Positions 10,596 through 22,193 are shown, numbered from the stretch's first letter. The stretch is DNA of 64,000 bases from an uncultured delta proteobacterium (GCA_963822965.1 CAWGJT010000005.1:672001-736000); one strand, 5' to 3'. Made by a program: numbers and translations. The notes: a model not told the origin generated them from the letters alone.

Positions 10596-11404
10596 GGCCG
10601 GCCGGGTCGCACGGAGCGCGTGGGGCCGAGACCGAGGCCCAGGGGACCGCGAGGCACGTAGAAGCGGTACTCCTCGCCGTCCCGCAGCACGTCCACCGCG
10701 ACGGTCTCCCCGGCCTGTCCCGTGGTGGTGGACCGCTGCAGGCCCGCGACGTCGAAGATGCGGCGATCGTCGTAGCGGAGGAACACGTCCCCCCTCTCGA
10801 TCCCTGCGTCCTGGGACACCGAGCCCTGCATCACGCGGCTCACCACGACACGATTGTCGCGACCCGACGCGTAGAGCACCCAGTCCCACACGTCGTCGCC
10901 GAGATCCTCGCGCAGCGCCTCATAGCGCCGGTCGAGCTCCTGCATCCGGAGCCGGAAGCGCGGCCGGCCGAGCCAGCCCTCCCGGGTCGCCTGGTCGCGC
11001 ACGTAGAGCCGTTCGAGCTCGATCTCCTCGAGGCGCGTGCGCAGCAGCTCGAGGTCCGCGGGCGAGATGCCCGCCTCGCGCAGCACCGCCTCGTCCGGCC
11101 AGCCGTCCTTGGACGGCGCCGGCTTCCCGGGCTCGGAGGCGGTCGCCGGAGCGCCGTCGCCGGGCGGCGCGTTGCCCTGCCGGACCGCGAGCCGGGATTC
11201 CAGGGCGACGCGACGCGAACGCTCCTCGGCCAGCTGCTCGCGCAACCGTGCCACCGTATCCTTCCCGTCCTGGGCTTCGGAGACGGGCGCCGGCGCGCGC
11301 GCGGGCTCCCGGGACGGGACGTCGCCGCTCCCCCCGCCCCGAAGCAGCAACCCCGCCAGCAGGCCGACCGCCAGGCCCGACGCCAGCTCCCAGCCGCGCA
11401 CCAC
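10589..11404 (-). CDS. Membrane-anchored PDZ-domain protein
   Basis: N-terminal hydrophobic anchor, coiled-coil-like stretch, and C-terminal V..V..GS..QDAGIERGD...VDVLRDGE PDZ pattern. Confidence 0.75.
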   Translation of the reverse strand: MVRGWELASGLAVGLLAGLLLRGGGSGDVPSREPARAPAPVSEAQDGKDTVARLREQLAEERSRRVALESRLAVRQGNAPPGDGAPATASEPGKPAPSKDGWPDEAVLREAGISPADLELLRTRLEEIELERLYVRDQATREGWLGRPRFRLRMQELDRRYEALREDLGDDVWDWVLYASGRDNRVVVSRVMQGSVSQDAGIERGDVFLRYDDRRIFDVAGLQRSTTTGQAGETVAVDVLRDGEEYRFYVPRGPLGLGLGPTRSVRPGRPY

Positions 11405-14400
11405 TCAGCGCGAAGCCGGCGCATCGCTCTGCACCGGCGAGGCGCCGAAGATCCGCCGGAAGCCCCGTTTCACGAGGTCGGCGAGGTCGTCGAACACCAG
11501 ATAGAAGACCGGAACCACCAGCAGCGTCAGCACCGTCGACGAGAACATGCCCGCCGCGGTGGCGATCGCCATCGGCGCGCGGGTCTCGGCGCCCGGCCCG
11601 ATGCCGAGCGCCGCGGGCAGCACGCCGAAGATCATCGAGATCGCGGTCATCAGCACGGGACGCATCCGGACCGGCGCCGCGCGCTCCATCGCTTCGACCT
11701 TGTCGAGACCTTCGCGTCGCAGCTGGTTGGCGTAGTCGACGAGCAGGATCGAGTTCTTGGTCACGAGCCCGAAGAGCAGGATGATTCCGATCATGGAGAA
11801 GAGGTTGAGGGTGTTGCCGGTGGCGAGCAGGCCGCCGAGGGCGCCCACCATGGCCAGCGGCAGGGCCAGCATCACCGTGAGGGGATGCACCAGGCTCTCG
11901 AACTGCGCCGCCAGCACCATGTAGATGACGAGGATGGCGAGCGCCATCGCGAGCGACGAACTGCTGGCCGCCCTCGCGCATGGCCTCCGCCTGCCCCGCC
12001 AGCCCGAGGGAGGCGCCCTCGGGCAGGATCTCGTCGGCGATACGCTGGGCCTCGGCGATCGCCTCGCCGAGCTTCCGGCCTCCGTCCAGGCTGCCCGAGA
12101 CGGAGACGCTCCGCTGGCGGTTCGCGCGCGTGATCTGCGACGGGGCGGCGGCGGTCTTCACGTCGACGACGTTGCGCAGCTCGATGGGCTCGCCGTTCGC
12201 TGCCGCGAACGTAGAGCTGCCCGATGGCGCTCGGGTCCCGGCGGAACTCCTCCTCGAGGCGCACCCGGATGTCGTAGCGCCGTCCGGCCTCCTTGAAGAC
12301 GCCCACGTCCATCCCGCCCAGCATCACCTGGACCGTCGATGCGATGTCCCGCGCAGAGAGGCCCAGGGCGGCGGCCTTCTCGCGGTCGGGCTCCACCCGC
12401 AGCTCGGGCATGCCCAGCTTCAGGCTCTTGTCGAGGTCGACGAAGCCACCCGCCGCCTTCAGCCCCTCGATCATCTCGTCGGCCAGTCGGTCGAGCTCGT
12501 CGAGCGGGAAGGTGCCCGCGAATCTGCACCTCGAAGGCACCCGACTTGCCCGTGGACATCATCTCGCCCGGTTCGAAGATGCGGATGACGCGGCCGGGAA
12601 TGCGGGACAGCTCCCGCCGCGCGGACGAGATGATGTCGAAGACGCTTCGGTCGCGTTCGTCGCGAGGCGACCAGCGTGCCGAAGATCATGGCCTTGTGGG
12701 TCTCGTTGGTCCTCGAGTATCCGCCTTCGGTGCCTGCCGCCGAGAAGATGCCCGCGACCTCGGGCTGCGCGAGGAACCACTGCTCGTCGTGGGCGAGGTA
12801 GGCGGTGGTCGCTTCGAGGGAGGTCCCCGGCGCGGCCTCGATCTTGGCGAAGAAGATGCCCTGGTCGGAGGGCGGGAAGAACTCGGTGTCGAGACGGGAG
12901 CCGAAGAGCACGATCAGGCCGAGTGACGCCAGGGCGGCGAGCGCGGTCCTCGTGCGGTGGTGGAGGGTCCAGTGCAGGGCGCGCGCGTAGCCGCTTCTCG
13001 AGCGCCCCGAAGCCGCGCTCGAGCCGGTGGTAGATGCTGCCGTGGCCGCGCTCCTTCGGCGGCGGGCATGCGCGCGGCGAGCATCGGCGTGAGCGTCAGC
13101 GCGACGAAGAGCGAGATCAGCACGGAGCCCGCCACCGTCAGCCCGAACTCGCCGAGGAAGCTTCCCACCAGCCCTTGCACGAAGACGACCGGCAGGAAGA
13201 CCGCGGCCACCGAGACCGTCGCCGCCGTGGCCGCGAAGGCGATCTCGCGGGTGCCCGGTGGCGGCGGCGGTCCGCGGGTCGGCGCCGCGCTCGCGGTGGC
13301 GCTCGATGTTCTCGAGCACCACGATCGCGTCGTCGATCACGACGCCCACCGCGAGGGTCATGCCCAGCAGGGTCATGGTGTTGAGGGTGAAGCCGAAGAC
13401 CCAGACCAGCCCGAAGGTCGCGATCAGCGAGATCGGGATCGCCGCCGCCACGATCATCGTCGGGCGGGTGCGGCGCAGGAACACGAAGACGGTGAGCACC
13501 GCGAGCAGCGCGCCGAAGATCAGGGCGAACTCGGTCTCCTGCGACCGCCTCGCGCACGCCCTTCGAGAAGTCGATGAAGCCCGCCGGGTCGTAGACGGTG
13601 ATGCCCGTCGGCAGGATCGCCTCGATGTCCCCGAGGCGCTTCATCACCTCGTCGACGATCGACGACGGTGTTGCCGCCGGACTGCTTGCGGATGCCCGAC
13701 GCCGACGGCTTCTTCGCCGTTGTAGTGCATGCTCGACCTCGAGGTCTTCCGCGCCGTCCTCGACCCGGGCGACGTCGCGCAGCAGCACCGGAGCGCCCTC
13801 GACGTCGGCGACCACCAGACCTTCGAGCTCGTCGACGGTCCGGAACTCGGCGTCGGTGCGCACCTGGTACTCGACGCGGCTCGCTCTGCGACGGCGCCGC
13901 CGGGCACCTCGACGTGCTCGCGCCGGATCGCGTCCAGCACGTCGCTCGCGCCGAGGCCCGCGCGCCCGCAGCTCGTCGCCGTCGAGCCAGATGCGGATGT
14001 TGCGATCGCGCCTGCCGAACATCGCGACGCCCGCCACCCCGGGAATCGTCTCGAGATAGGGGTTCATCTGGCGCTTCACGAACTCGCTCGTCTCGACGAG
14101 GCTCCGCTTCGAGTCGATGCGGGATCCACAGGACCGGCTGGTCGTTCGGATCGAACTTGCCGACGATGGGCGGCTCGAGCTCGAGCGGAAGCTCCATCGC
14201 GCGCTGCCGCGACCTTGTCGCGCACGTCCTGGATGGCGACGTCGAGATCCGTTCCGAGCTGGAACTCGACCCGGATCATCGAGGTACGCCTCGGTAGCTG
14301 GTCGACTCGATGCTGCGCACGCCCGCGATGGTGTTGAGGTGCTCTTCGAGGACGTCGGTGACGTCCTCCTCGATGCCCTCCGGGCTCGCTCCTTCGAGCA

Positions 14401-14548
14401 CCGCCGTCACCGAGAGCACCGGGAAGTCCATGTTGGGGAACTGGTCGACGCCCAGGCGTTGGAATCCGAGCACCCCGAACACGATGAGCGCGAGGATCAT
14501 CATCCACGTGAGGACCGGACGCTGGATAGAGACGTCGGAGAGGGTCAT
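11405..14548 (-). CDS. AcrB/AcrD/AcrF-family RND efflux permease, broken by many 1-nt indels (probable sequencing error; pseudogene not excluded)
   Basis: MTLSDVSIQRPV start, GVVIDDAIVVLENI, LTLTPML, AQFES..HP, GLVTKNSILLVD and RMRPVLMT motifs appear in order across alternating frames. Confidence 0.85.
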
Positions 14549-15696
14549 CGCGCCGCCTGGACCTCCGTAGCCGCCGCCGCCGGGGCGGGGCGCTCGCCGT
14601 CCGCCGTGCGGACGTCCACGACCGAGCCGTCGATGAGCTCGGTCTGCCCGCGCACGACGACGACGTCCCCCGCGGCGAGCCCCCCGGTCACCTCGACCAG
14701 GCCGTCCCGATGGACGCCCGTCGTGACGCGTACCCGCTCGACCTCGTTGGCCCCCCGCATGCGGAACACGATCGTTCCGTCCGCGCGCACCATGATCGCG
14801 TCCTCGGGAATCATCACGACGTTCTCGCGGTGGCTCACGCCCAGGTCCGCACGGGCGAAGAGACCCGGCCGCAGTCGGCCCTCCTTGTTCTCCACCGTGG
14901 CCTTCACGCGCAGGGTGCGGGTCGTGGGGTCGATGGTCGGGGAGATGACGGTCACGGTGGCCGGAAAGACCTCGTCGGGGAACGGCGCCACGCGGACGTC
15001 CACGCGATCGCCCAGGGAGACGCGGCTCGAGTCCCGCTCGGCCAGGTGGAACTCGACCTCCATGTTCTCGAGCGCCACCAGGGAGAAGAGCGACACGCCC
15101 GGGGACACGAACTCCCCCTCGCTCACGTACCGGCGGCCGAGCCGGCCGGCGAACGGAGCCACCACGCTCGAGTCGGCCAACGCACGCTCGGCCAGGCCGA
15201 GCTGGGCCTCCGCCGCGGCCAGCCGCGACTGGGCCAGCTCGAGCTGGGTCCGCGCCTGGTCGAGGGCCGATTCCGAGGCGGCCCCGCGAGCGCGCAGGCT
15301 CTCCACCCGGCGGCCCTCGCGTTGACGGTCGGCGAGCTGCGCCCGCGCCTCCGCCACCCCGGCCCGCTGGCTCGCGACCTCGAGCCTGCGGCGCTCGGGG
15401 TCGATCTCCAGCACCACCTGGCCCGCCTCGACAGGCTCGCCTTCGTCCACCTGGATGCTGGTGACCTGGCCGGCGACCTGGGCGGCCACCGTCGCCTCGG
15501 ACCGGGCGAGCAGCTGCCCGGTGGCCTCGATCCGATCGCTCACGTCCTCGAGCTGCACCGGCACCACCATCACCGGCGGCGCCTGGATGGCGCTCTTGGG
15601 CTCCTCCCGGGTACAGCCGAGCCAAAGGGCCGCGACCGCCGCGAGACACGCCCCGAGCAGGCGGCCCCCCTTCTTCGGGAGCGACGAGTTCATCAT
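14545..15696 (-). CDS. RND efflux periplasmic adaptor (membrane fusion protein), lipoprotein
   Basis: Lipobox WLGC, V.AQVAGQV, APFAG and LRPGLF motifs. ATGA overlaps with both neighbours. Confidence 0.9.
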   Translation of the reverse strand: MMNSSLPKKGGRLLGACLAAVAALWLGCTREEPKSAIQAPPVMVVPVQLEDVSDRIEATGQLLARSEATVAAQVAGQVTSIQVDEGEPVEAGQVVLEIDPERRRLEVASQRAGVAEARAQLADRQREGRRVESLRARGAASESALDQARTQLELAQSRLAAAEAQLGLAERALADSSVVAPFAGRLGRRYVSEGEFVSPGVSLFSLVALENMEVEFHLAERDSSRVSLGDRVDVRVAPFPDEVFPATVTVISPTIDPTTRTLRVKATVENKEGRLRPGLFARADLGVSHRENVVMIPEDAIMVRADGTIVFRMRGANEVERVRVTTGVHRDGLVEVTGGLAAGDVVVVRGQTELIDGSVVDVRTADGERPAPAAAATEVQAAR

Positions 15697-16307
15697 CTTG
15701 GCTTCGACTCCGGACGGACGAGGCCGTCGATCATGGCGCCGAGGGACCGCTCGACCAGCCCCTCGGACCAGTCGACGTCGGGACGGGTTCGTTGCAGCGA
15801 GACGAGGCCGTGGACCAGGGCCCAGAAGGCCTGCCGCACGGTCTCGACGTCGGCGTCGAGCCGGCACCGGGTCTCCAGCTCGGCGATGGGACGCTCGAGC
15901 ATCGCGCGAACCATCTCGCCGGTGGGATGGGGCTCGGCCTCCGGATCCCGCATCGCCGTCAGCAGCTGATAGTGGGTCGGGTTCTCGAGCCCCCAGCGGG
16001 CGAACGCCAGGAACAGCTCGCGCATGTTCTCCACCGGGTCGGGTCCGATCCGCACGGCGCGAACCTGGACGACCAGCTCGCTCATGCGGTGCTCGACCAG
16101 GGCGTCGAGCAGGCCCGGCTTGTCGCCGAAGTAGTGATAGATGGTCGGCGCCGTGTAGCCACAGCGGGCGGCGAGCTTCCGCATGGAGAACGACGCGTAG
16201 CCCCCCGAGACCAGGATCTCCTCGGCGGCGTCGAGGATCACCTGGCGGGCCTCCCGGCGCTGGCGCAGGCGTCGGGTGGAGGCGTCCGGAAGCGAGGCGG
16301 GGGGCAT
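15693..16307 (-). CDS. TetR/AcrR family transcriptional regulator
   Basis: ILDAAEEI...FSMRKLAARCGYTAPTIYHYFGDK helix-turn-helix; W..VHG C-terminal motif. First gene of the efflux operon. Confidence 0.92.
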   Translation of the reverse strand: MPPASLPDASTRRLRQRREARQVILDAAEEILVSGGYASFSMRKLAARCGYTAPTIYHYFGDKPGLLDALVEHRMSELVVQVRAVRIGPDPVENMRELFLAFARWGLENPTHYQLLTAMRDPEAEPHPTGEMVRAMLERPIAELETRCRLDADVETVRQAFWALVHGLVSLQRTRPDVDWSEGLVERSLGAMIDGLVRPESKPR

Positions 16308-16379
16308 CGAGGAACGGCTTTTCGAAGGAGGGACCGGGCGAGACGAGGGGGATGACGGCTCGAACGACGTACAAGTTAC

Positions 16380-16392
16380 CTAACGCTGTTCA
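16380..16392. promoter_or_regulatory. Possible TetR operator (imperfect palindrome cTAACgctGTTca)
   Basis: AT-richer dyad in the region upstream of the tetR-MFP-RND operon. Confidence 0.3.
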
Positions 16393-16471
16393 AGATGCAC
16401 GAAACGGTCCCCACGCCCCCGAGACGGCCCTTTTCTCCCCTCGGGGAACACCAATCGGTTTCGGTCGGAGC

Positions 16472-17320
16472 TCAGGCCTCGCTGGGACGGCCGGGCTTCA
16501 CGGCCATGAAGAGGTAGCGGTTCACGCTGAAGAAGTACTCGCCGGCCTCGCCCAGGGCGCGCAGGTCCGCCGCCCAGGCCTCGGCGTCGGCCCGGGTGAG
16601 CCCCTGGCGCCCGGGCACGAAGGCCTGGATGCCCTCGAGGATCCCGGCGCTGTACGAGTTCGGGCTGTACTCCGGGTTGAACATGGGGTTCACGTCCCGG
16701 CGCACGATCTGGAAGCCCGCGCGCCGGAGCTTCTCCGTCAGTCGCGAGGGCAGATGCGGGTCGGCGAGATGCTCGTCCCAGGCGTCCAGCACCCGGCGCA
16801 TGCGAAGCCGGTCGCTGGTGTTCCAGACGATGCTGCCCCAGTCGGTGTCCACGATGAAGGCGCGACCGCCCGGACGCAGCACCCGGAACAGCTCGCGGAG
16901 GGCCAGGTCCACGTCCTGCACGTATTCGTAGACCTGGGTGGCGACCGCGGCGTCGAACACGCCGTCCTGGAACGGCAGCTCCGTGGCCTCGCCCACCTGC
17001 ATGTCGACCCACGCCTGGTCGCGGCAGCGCTCCCGGGACATGGCGACCATCGGCTCGCTCTGGTCGATCCCGGAGACCACCCCGGACGGCCCCACGATGG
17101 CGGCCATGTCCGTCGCCAGGAAGCCCGGCCCCGGGCCGACGTCGAGCACCACCTCGCCGGCGCGGAGCGCCATCGAGTGCAGCACCAGCGCCCGCTGTAG
17201 CGCGACCTCCGGCGCGGTGTACATCCGCTCCAGCATGCGGGCGGTGGCCTCGTTGAAGTCGATCCCCGTCGTCACCCGCTCACCGAGATCGAAGCCCAGG
17301 TCGTCCGTCGTCTGCCTCAT
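16472..17320 (-). CDS. Class I SAM-dependent methyltransferase (UbiE/ArsM-like)
   Basis: VLDVGPGPG, GIDQS, LPFQDGVFD and RVLRPGGR. Confidence 0.88.
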   Translation of the reverse strand: MRQTTDDLGFDLGERVTTGIDFNEATARMLERMYTAPEVALQRALVLHSMALRAGEVVLDVGPGPGFLATDMAAIVGPSGVVSGIDQSEPMVAMSRERCRDQAWVDMQVGEATELPFQDGVFDAAVATQVYEYVQDVDLALRELFRVLRPGGRAFIVDTDWGSIVWNTSDRLRMRRVLDAWDEHLADPHLPSRLTEKLRRAGFQIVRRDVNPMFNPEYSPNSYSAGILEGIQAFVPGRQGLTRADAEAWAADLRALGEAGEYFFSVNRYLFMAVKPGRPSEA

Positions 17321-17377
17321 GACCGCCAAGCTTAGTTCCGGCGGTCGCCGCTCGCGAGCGTCGGTTATCCTGCGCGC

Positions 17378-17878
17378 GTGTCCCGCGAGATCCCCGGCCC
17401 CGTCGAGCCTCGGGAGATGCGGCGCTTCCTGGCGTCGCTCCTCTACGAGCCGGAGGCGTTCCTGATCGACGCCGTGCACCGGCTCGACCGGGAGAACGGC
17501 CTCGTCGAGGCGACGATGGACACCACCCGGCCGCTGCCCTTCACCTCGCTGCAGCGGGAGAGCCCGATCCACCCGCGGCACGTGGCCGCCGCCGAGATCC
17601 TGATGCTGACGGGAAACCTGGGCTTCCTGCACGCGTGGTTCTTCCACGGCTGCCGCTTCGACGAGGGCTGGGCGGGCTTCGGCAACCGCATCCACCGGGC
17701 GGACTTCAAGAGCCTGGCCCGCATCGGGCCGCCCCTGCGCGTCACGTCTCGGGAAGCACGTGTGCGGGAGGGGGCCAGGCGGGTGATGCTGCGGATGGAG
17801 TTCGAGTTCTTCCAGGACGACGTCCTGGTCTACCGGGGTGACCAGTCGGCCATCTTCTTCCGCGAGCGGGCCCTCTGA
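17378..17878 (+). CDS. Hypothetical protein, possibly hotdog-fold (FabA/FabZ-like)
   Basis: 166 aa, FLIDAV-like start and a helix plus beta-strand pattern. Family resemblance only. Confidence 0.45.
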   Translation: MSREIPGPVEPREMRRFLASLLYEPEAFLIDAVHRLDRENGLVEATMDTTRPLPFTSLQRESPIHPRHVAAAEILMLTGNLGFLHAWFFHGCRFDEGWAGFGNRIHRADFKSLARIGPPLRVTSREARVREGARRVMLRMEFEFFQDDVLVYRGDQSAIFFRERAL

Positions 17879-17933
17879 CGGCGGTTGCCGCTATCCTGGC
17901 TGCTGCGTCCAAGAAGCCTGCCGAGGTCCCCCG

Positions 17934-19217
17934 ATGAGCGCCGCCCCCTGGATCTATCTCGCCTTCAGCGTCTGGTGCGCCTGGTTCAGCTTCAACGCCC
18001 ATCGTCCCATGCGCACGGGAGCGCGCCGCGCCACGCTCAGCTTCGCCGCCGGCTGGCTCACCACCGAGCTGGCGATCCACCACATCGCCTGGCAGGCCGT
18101 CGTCACCCTCGTCTTCGCGGCGTTCGGCGCCTTCTCGGCCTGGCCCGGCATCGCCGGCTTGGCGCTGACGGGCCTGTCCTGGCTCGCACTGCTCGCGAGC
18201 GTGGTCCAGGCCGCTCGGGCGAAGCGTGTGTACGAGGACGCGCTCGTGCGCGGATTCGGAGCGGACTACTTCCTGCAGATCCGGCCCGAGCTGCAGGAGC
18301 GACTCCGGGTCCGGACGGACTGGCGGCGCTTGATCTTCCCGTTCCCGATCCGCCGCCAGAGCGTCGAGCGCGTGAGAGACATCCACTACGGCCGGGCCCG
18401 AGGCGTCGACCTGCACCTCGACATCTATCGCGGGCGCGAGCCCCTCGTCCGGGCGCCCGTGCTCTTCCAGATCCACGGCGGCGGCTGGGTGATGGGCAGC
18501 AAGAACGAGCAGGCGTTGCCGCTGATGTACGAACTCGCCGAGCAGGGCTGGGTGTGCGTCTCGATCGACTACCGGCTGAGCCCCCACGCCACCTTCCCCG
18601 ACCACCTGATCGACTGCAAGCGAGCCCTGGTCTGGGTGAAGGAGCACATCACGGACTACGGCGGCGACCCGGGCTTCATCGCCGTCACGGGCGGCTCCGC
18701 GGGCGGTCACCTCTGCGCGCTGATGGGCCTCACCCAGAACGATCCCGAGTACCAGCCGGGGTTCGAGGACGCGGACACCCGGGTCTCGTGCTGCCTGCCG
18801 TTCTACGGCGTCTACGACTTCGCGAACCGCAACCGGACCTACGCGAACGACGGCATGCGTCGGATCCTCGAACGCCAGGTGATGAAGGGCTCCGTCGACG
18901 AGATCCCCGAGTCCTACGACCGCGCCTCTCCCGTCACCCGCGTGGACGAGAACGCCTCGCCCTTCTTCGTGATCCACGGCCGCAACGACAGCCTGGTGCC
19001 GGTGGCCGAGGCGCGCGAGTTCGTGAAGGTGCTCGCCGAGAAGAGCCGCTCGCCCCACGCCTACGCCGAGCTGCCCGGCGCGCAGCATGCCTTCGAGATC
19101 TTCCCGTCCCTGCGCACCCTGCTCGCGATCGACGCGAGCTGCCGCTATCTGTCGCTGATGTACAGCCGCTACCTCGACGGACGCGACCCCGGCCTGGAGC
19201 CGGCGGGCCGGAGCTGA
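17934..19217 (+). CDS. Membrane-anchored alpha/beta hydrolase (HSL-type esterase)
   Basis: N-terminal TM segments, IHGGGW, GGSAGGH, HG.ND and GAQHAF. Confidence 0.88.
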   Translation: MSAAPWIYLAFSVWCAWFSFNAHRPMRTGARRATLSFAAGWLTTELAIHHIAWQAVVTLVFAAFGAFSAWPGIAGLALTGLSWLALLASVVQAARAKRVYEDALVRGFGADYFLQIRPELQERLRVRTDWRRLIFPFPIRRQSVERVRDIHYGRARGVDLHLDIYRGREPLVRAPVLFQIHGGGWVMGSKNEQALPLMYELAEQGWVCVSIDYRLSPHATFPDHLIDCKRALVWVKEHITDYGGDPGFIAVTGGSAGGHLCALMGLTQNDPEYQPGFEDADTRVSCCLPFYGVYDFANRNRTYANDGMRRILERQVMKGSVDEIPESYDRASPVTRVDENASPFFVIHGRNDSLVPVAEAREFVKVLAEKSRSPHAYAELPGAQHAFEIFPSLRTLLAIDASCRYLSLMYSRYLDGRDPGLEPAGRS

Positions 19218-19268
19218 GCCGGCGGCGGGCGGCAGGGCGCCACGGGCAGGCCGGAGAACGCAGAATCC

Positions 19269-20794
19269 ATGGAAACCATCGCTCGCACCCCGCTCGGCCT
19301 CGTGGAGGGGCGGGTCAAGGAAGGCGTCCTGCTCTTCGCGGGCATTCCGTATGCCCGCCCCCCGTCGGAGCGTTGCGCTTCGCCCCGCCGCGCCCCCACG
19401 AGGGCTGGACGGGGACGCTCTCGGCCCAGCGCTTCGGCCACGCGGCGCTGCAGCCGGCCGGCAGCGGCCTCACGGCGAGCCCGCCCCGGCGCATGAGCGA
19501 GGACTGCCTCACCCTGAACGTCACCACGCCGGCGATCGACGACGCACGGCGGCCCGTGCTCGTGTGGATCCACGGGGGCGGCTTCCGAACCGGTCAGGGT
19601 GCCATCCCCTGGTACAACGGAACCTCCTTCGCCAAGCGCGGCGACATCGTGACGGTGAGCATCAACTACCGCCTCGGCACCCTCGGCTTCACGAACCTCG
19701 TGGGCTCCGACGGCGATTCCGGCGACGACCTCGCGAGCTCGGGCCACGTCGGGATCCTCGACCAGATCGCGGCGCTCGAATGGGTACGCGACAACATCGC
19801 CGCCTTCGGAGGAGATCCCGAGCGCGTGACCGTGGCCGGGGAGTCGGCTGGGGCCATGAGCGTCGGAACGCTTCTCGGCTGTCCCGCCGCCGCGGGCCTC
19901 TTCCGCGGCGCCATCTGTCAGAGCGGGGCCGCGCATCACGTGCTGCCCGCCGAGACGGCCCGGGCCGTCGGCGGCCTGTTGCGGGAGAAGCTCGGGGTTT
20001 CCGATCTCGAAGCGCTTCGCGAGCTCCCCGGCGAGCGTCTGATCTCGGCCCAGGGCGAGGTCGAGCGACACCTGGCGGGCACGTCGACCCTGGGCGCGAC
20101 GGACATCACGGGGGCGGCCGGAATGCCGTTCCAGCCCAGCACCGGGGGCGCTTCGCTCCCGCTGGCGCCGCTGGAAGCGGTTCGCCGCGGCGCCTCCCGG
20201 GACGTGGCGCTGCTGATCGGCACGAACGCCCACGAGGCGACGCTCTTCCACCAGGGCGAGACCGACGAACGGCGTCTGGAGAAGATCGTGGGACGCTACC
20301 TGCCCGATCCGGGGCGGGCCCTCGAGGTGTACCGGGGCGACCATCCCGACGCGTCGCCGTTCGATCTGCTCATCGCCGTCACCACCGACTACATGTTCCG
20401 GATCCCGGCGGTGCGCCTCGCCGAGGCGCACGCCGCCAACGGGGGGCGCACCTTCAGCTACCTGTTCAGCTGGCGCTCCCGTGCCTTCGGCGGACGGCTG
20501 GGAGCCACCCACGCCCTCGAGATCCCGTTCACGTTCAACAACCTCGAGCGCATGGGGGTGGAGACCTTCCTGGGAGAGGGACCACTTCCCGAGTCGCTGG
20601 CGGATCGCATGCACGCGGCCTGGATCGGGTTCATCCGCGAAGGCGACCCGAACGCCGCTCCAGAAGGCGCGGCCGCCCCCGAGTGGCCGGGCTTCGACCC
20701 GGAACACCGCGCGCTGATGGAGTTCGGCGACGAGATCGGGGTGCGCGAAGATCCACAGGCCGCCTCGCGCGCGCTGTGGGACGACCTGCGCTGA
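19269..20794 (+). CDS. Type-B carboxylesterase with one frameshift in a C-run near 19355-19363
   Basis: ...FAGIPYARPP continues in another frame as VGALRFAPP. SEDCLTLNV, WIHGGGF, GESAG and GATHALE follow. Confidence 0.88.
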
Positions 20795-21104
20795 GCGGCC
20801 TCGGGCTGGACGGACGTCGAGCGAGCCCTGCCCGCGCACCTCGACGGGAGATTCGAGGTCGTCCTCTCCTCGCGGGCTCCGCCGGTGACACCGGGCATCC
20901 CGCCGGCGAGGATCGGATGCGGCACGCCCTGCGTGGCGGGCGAAGAGCCGGTGCCGTCTCCTTCGCCGCCGGCCCACCCGCACGTCGTGCGGGTCTCCGT
21001 CGATCCGCTTCGGGCCGACCACCCGGGGGTCGACGGCTTCGCACGCGGCGCGCTCGTCTTCGACGCGGCGTTCACGACCTCCTCCTGGACGCTGCCTCCC
21101 CCTC

Positions 21105-21995
21105 TCAGTCCAGCCGTTCTCCCAGGAATTCCCCGATGCGATCGATCGCCAGCCGCGCTTCCGGCAGGATCAGGGCGAAGGCGTGCCACACGTGGATCAT
21201 CTCCTCCCACTCCTCGAGGGTGACGTCGACCCCCGCGTCGCGCGCGCGCTTCGCCACGGTGCGGGCGTCGTCGAGCAGGGTCTCGGCCGTCCCCACCTGG
21301 ATCAGCAGCGGCGGCAGGTCCTTCAGGTCGGCGAAGCAGGGAGAGGCCGTGGGGGCGCGGGGATCACCGCCGGCGAGATAGGCGTCTGCCATCTCCTGCA
21401 GCATGTCGCGGCTCACCATGGGATCCTCCGCCGCCTTGCTCTCCATGCTCGCACCGCTCTGGCTGAGATCCGCCCAGGGCGAGATGCAGACCGCGGCGCC
21501 CGGAAGCGGCTCGTCGGCGTCGCGCAGGGCGACGAGGGTGGCCAGGGTGAGCCCCCCGCCCGCCGAGTCGCCGGCGAGCGCGATGCGCGCCGGCTCCAAG
21601 CCGCTCGAGACCAGGAAGCGATAGGCACGCACGGCGTCCTCGACCGCGGCGGGGTAGCGGTTCTCCGGCGCCAGGCGATAGCCGACGGAGAGGACCCGCG
21701 CGCCGGACGCTCGCGAGATGCCTGCCACGAGGGCGCGGTGGGTGGCGATGGAGCCGATCGCGTAGCCACCGCCGTGGAAGTACAGCACCGTCCGATCGTC
21801 CCGGGCGCCGGGTGCGCGGGTCCACTCGGCGGGAACGCCACCTGCGTCCACCGCCTCGAAGCGAACGTCCTCGGGCAGGGGAGTCGCGCCGGTCATCGCC
21901 TCCATGCCCGCGCGCATCTGGAGGAGGTCTGCCCCTGCGATCGGCGGATTCGCCCGCAGCATGTCGACCACCATCTTGATCTCGGGTCCGGGCAC
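21105..21995 (-). CDS. Alpha/beta hydrolase (HSL-family esterase)
   Basis: YFHGGGY, YRLAPE, GDSAGG and HVW. Confidence 0.9.
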   Translation of the reverse strand: MPGPEIKMVVDMLRANPPIAGADLLQMRAGMEAMTGATPLPEDVRFEAVDAGGVPAEWTRAPGARDDRTVLYFHGGGYAIGSIATHRALVAGISRASGARVLSVGYRLAPENRYPAAVEDAVRAYRFLVSSGLEPARIALAGDSAGGGLTLATLVALRDADEPLPGAAVCISPWADLSQSGASMESKAAEDPMVSRDMLQEMADAYLAGGDPRAPTASPCFADLKDLPPLLIQVGTAETLLDDARTVAKRARDAGVDVTLEEWEEMIHVWHAFALILPEARLAIDRIGEFLGERLD

Positions 21996-22193
21996 CTGGG
22001 TCTCCTCGTTCCGACGCAGCTCTGATCCATCGAGAGGTCATCCGCACGGTGCGTCCGGCTCCCGTGCGATTCGGGAGACTACCAAGCAGCGCTGCGCGCG
22101 GCCCCTGGCGCGGAGATCGGAGACGGCGCCCCTGCGGCCGGCCGATTCCGATGCTTCAATGGACACGCGCCCGCCCACAGGAGAACCCCGCAA

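Noticed and set aside
19350..19365. Programmed frameshift or phase variation at the C-run (and at ~28374, ~30911, ~33810)
   Set aside because: The runs are short, with no slippery heptamer or stimulatory structure seen, and the contig shows other signs of indel error.
20795..21104. Minus-strand ORF with a strong AGGAGGAGG RBS and GTG at 21075
   Set aside because: Low-complexity translation with no motifs that runs ~340 bp antisense into the carboxylesterase. The spacer remains unexplained, but I cannot support a gene or RNA here.
16472..21995. Methyltransferase, hotdog-like protein and three esterases as a biosynthetic cluster
   Set aside because: No PKS, NRPS, carrier protein or precursor peptide is present and orientations are mixed; ordinary lipid/ester metabolism is more likely.
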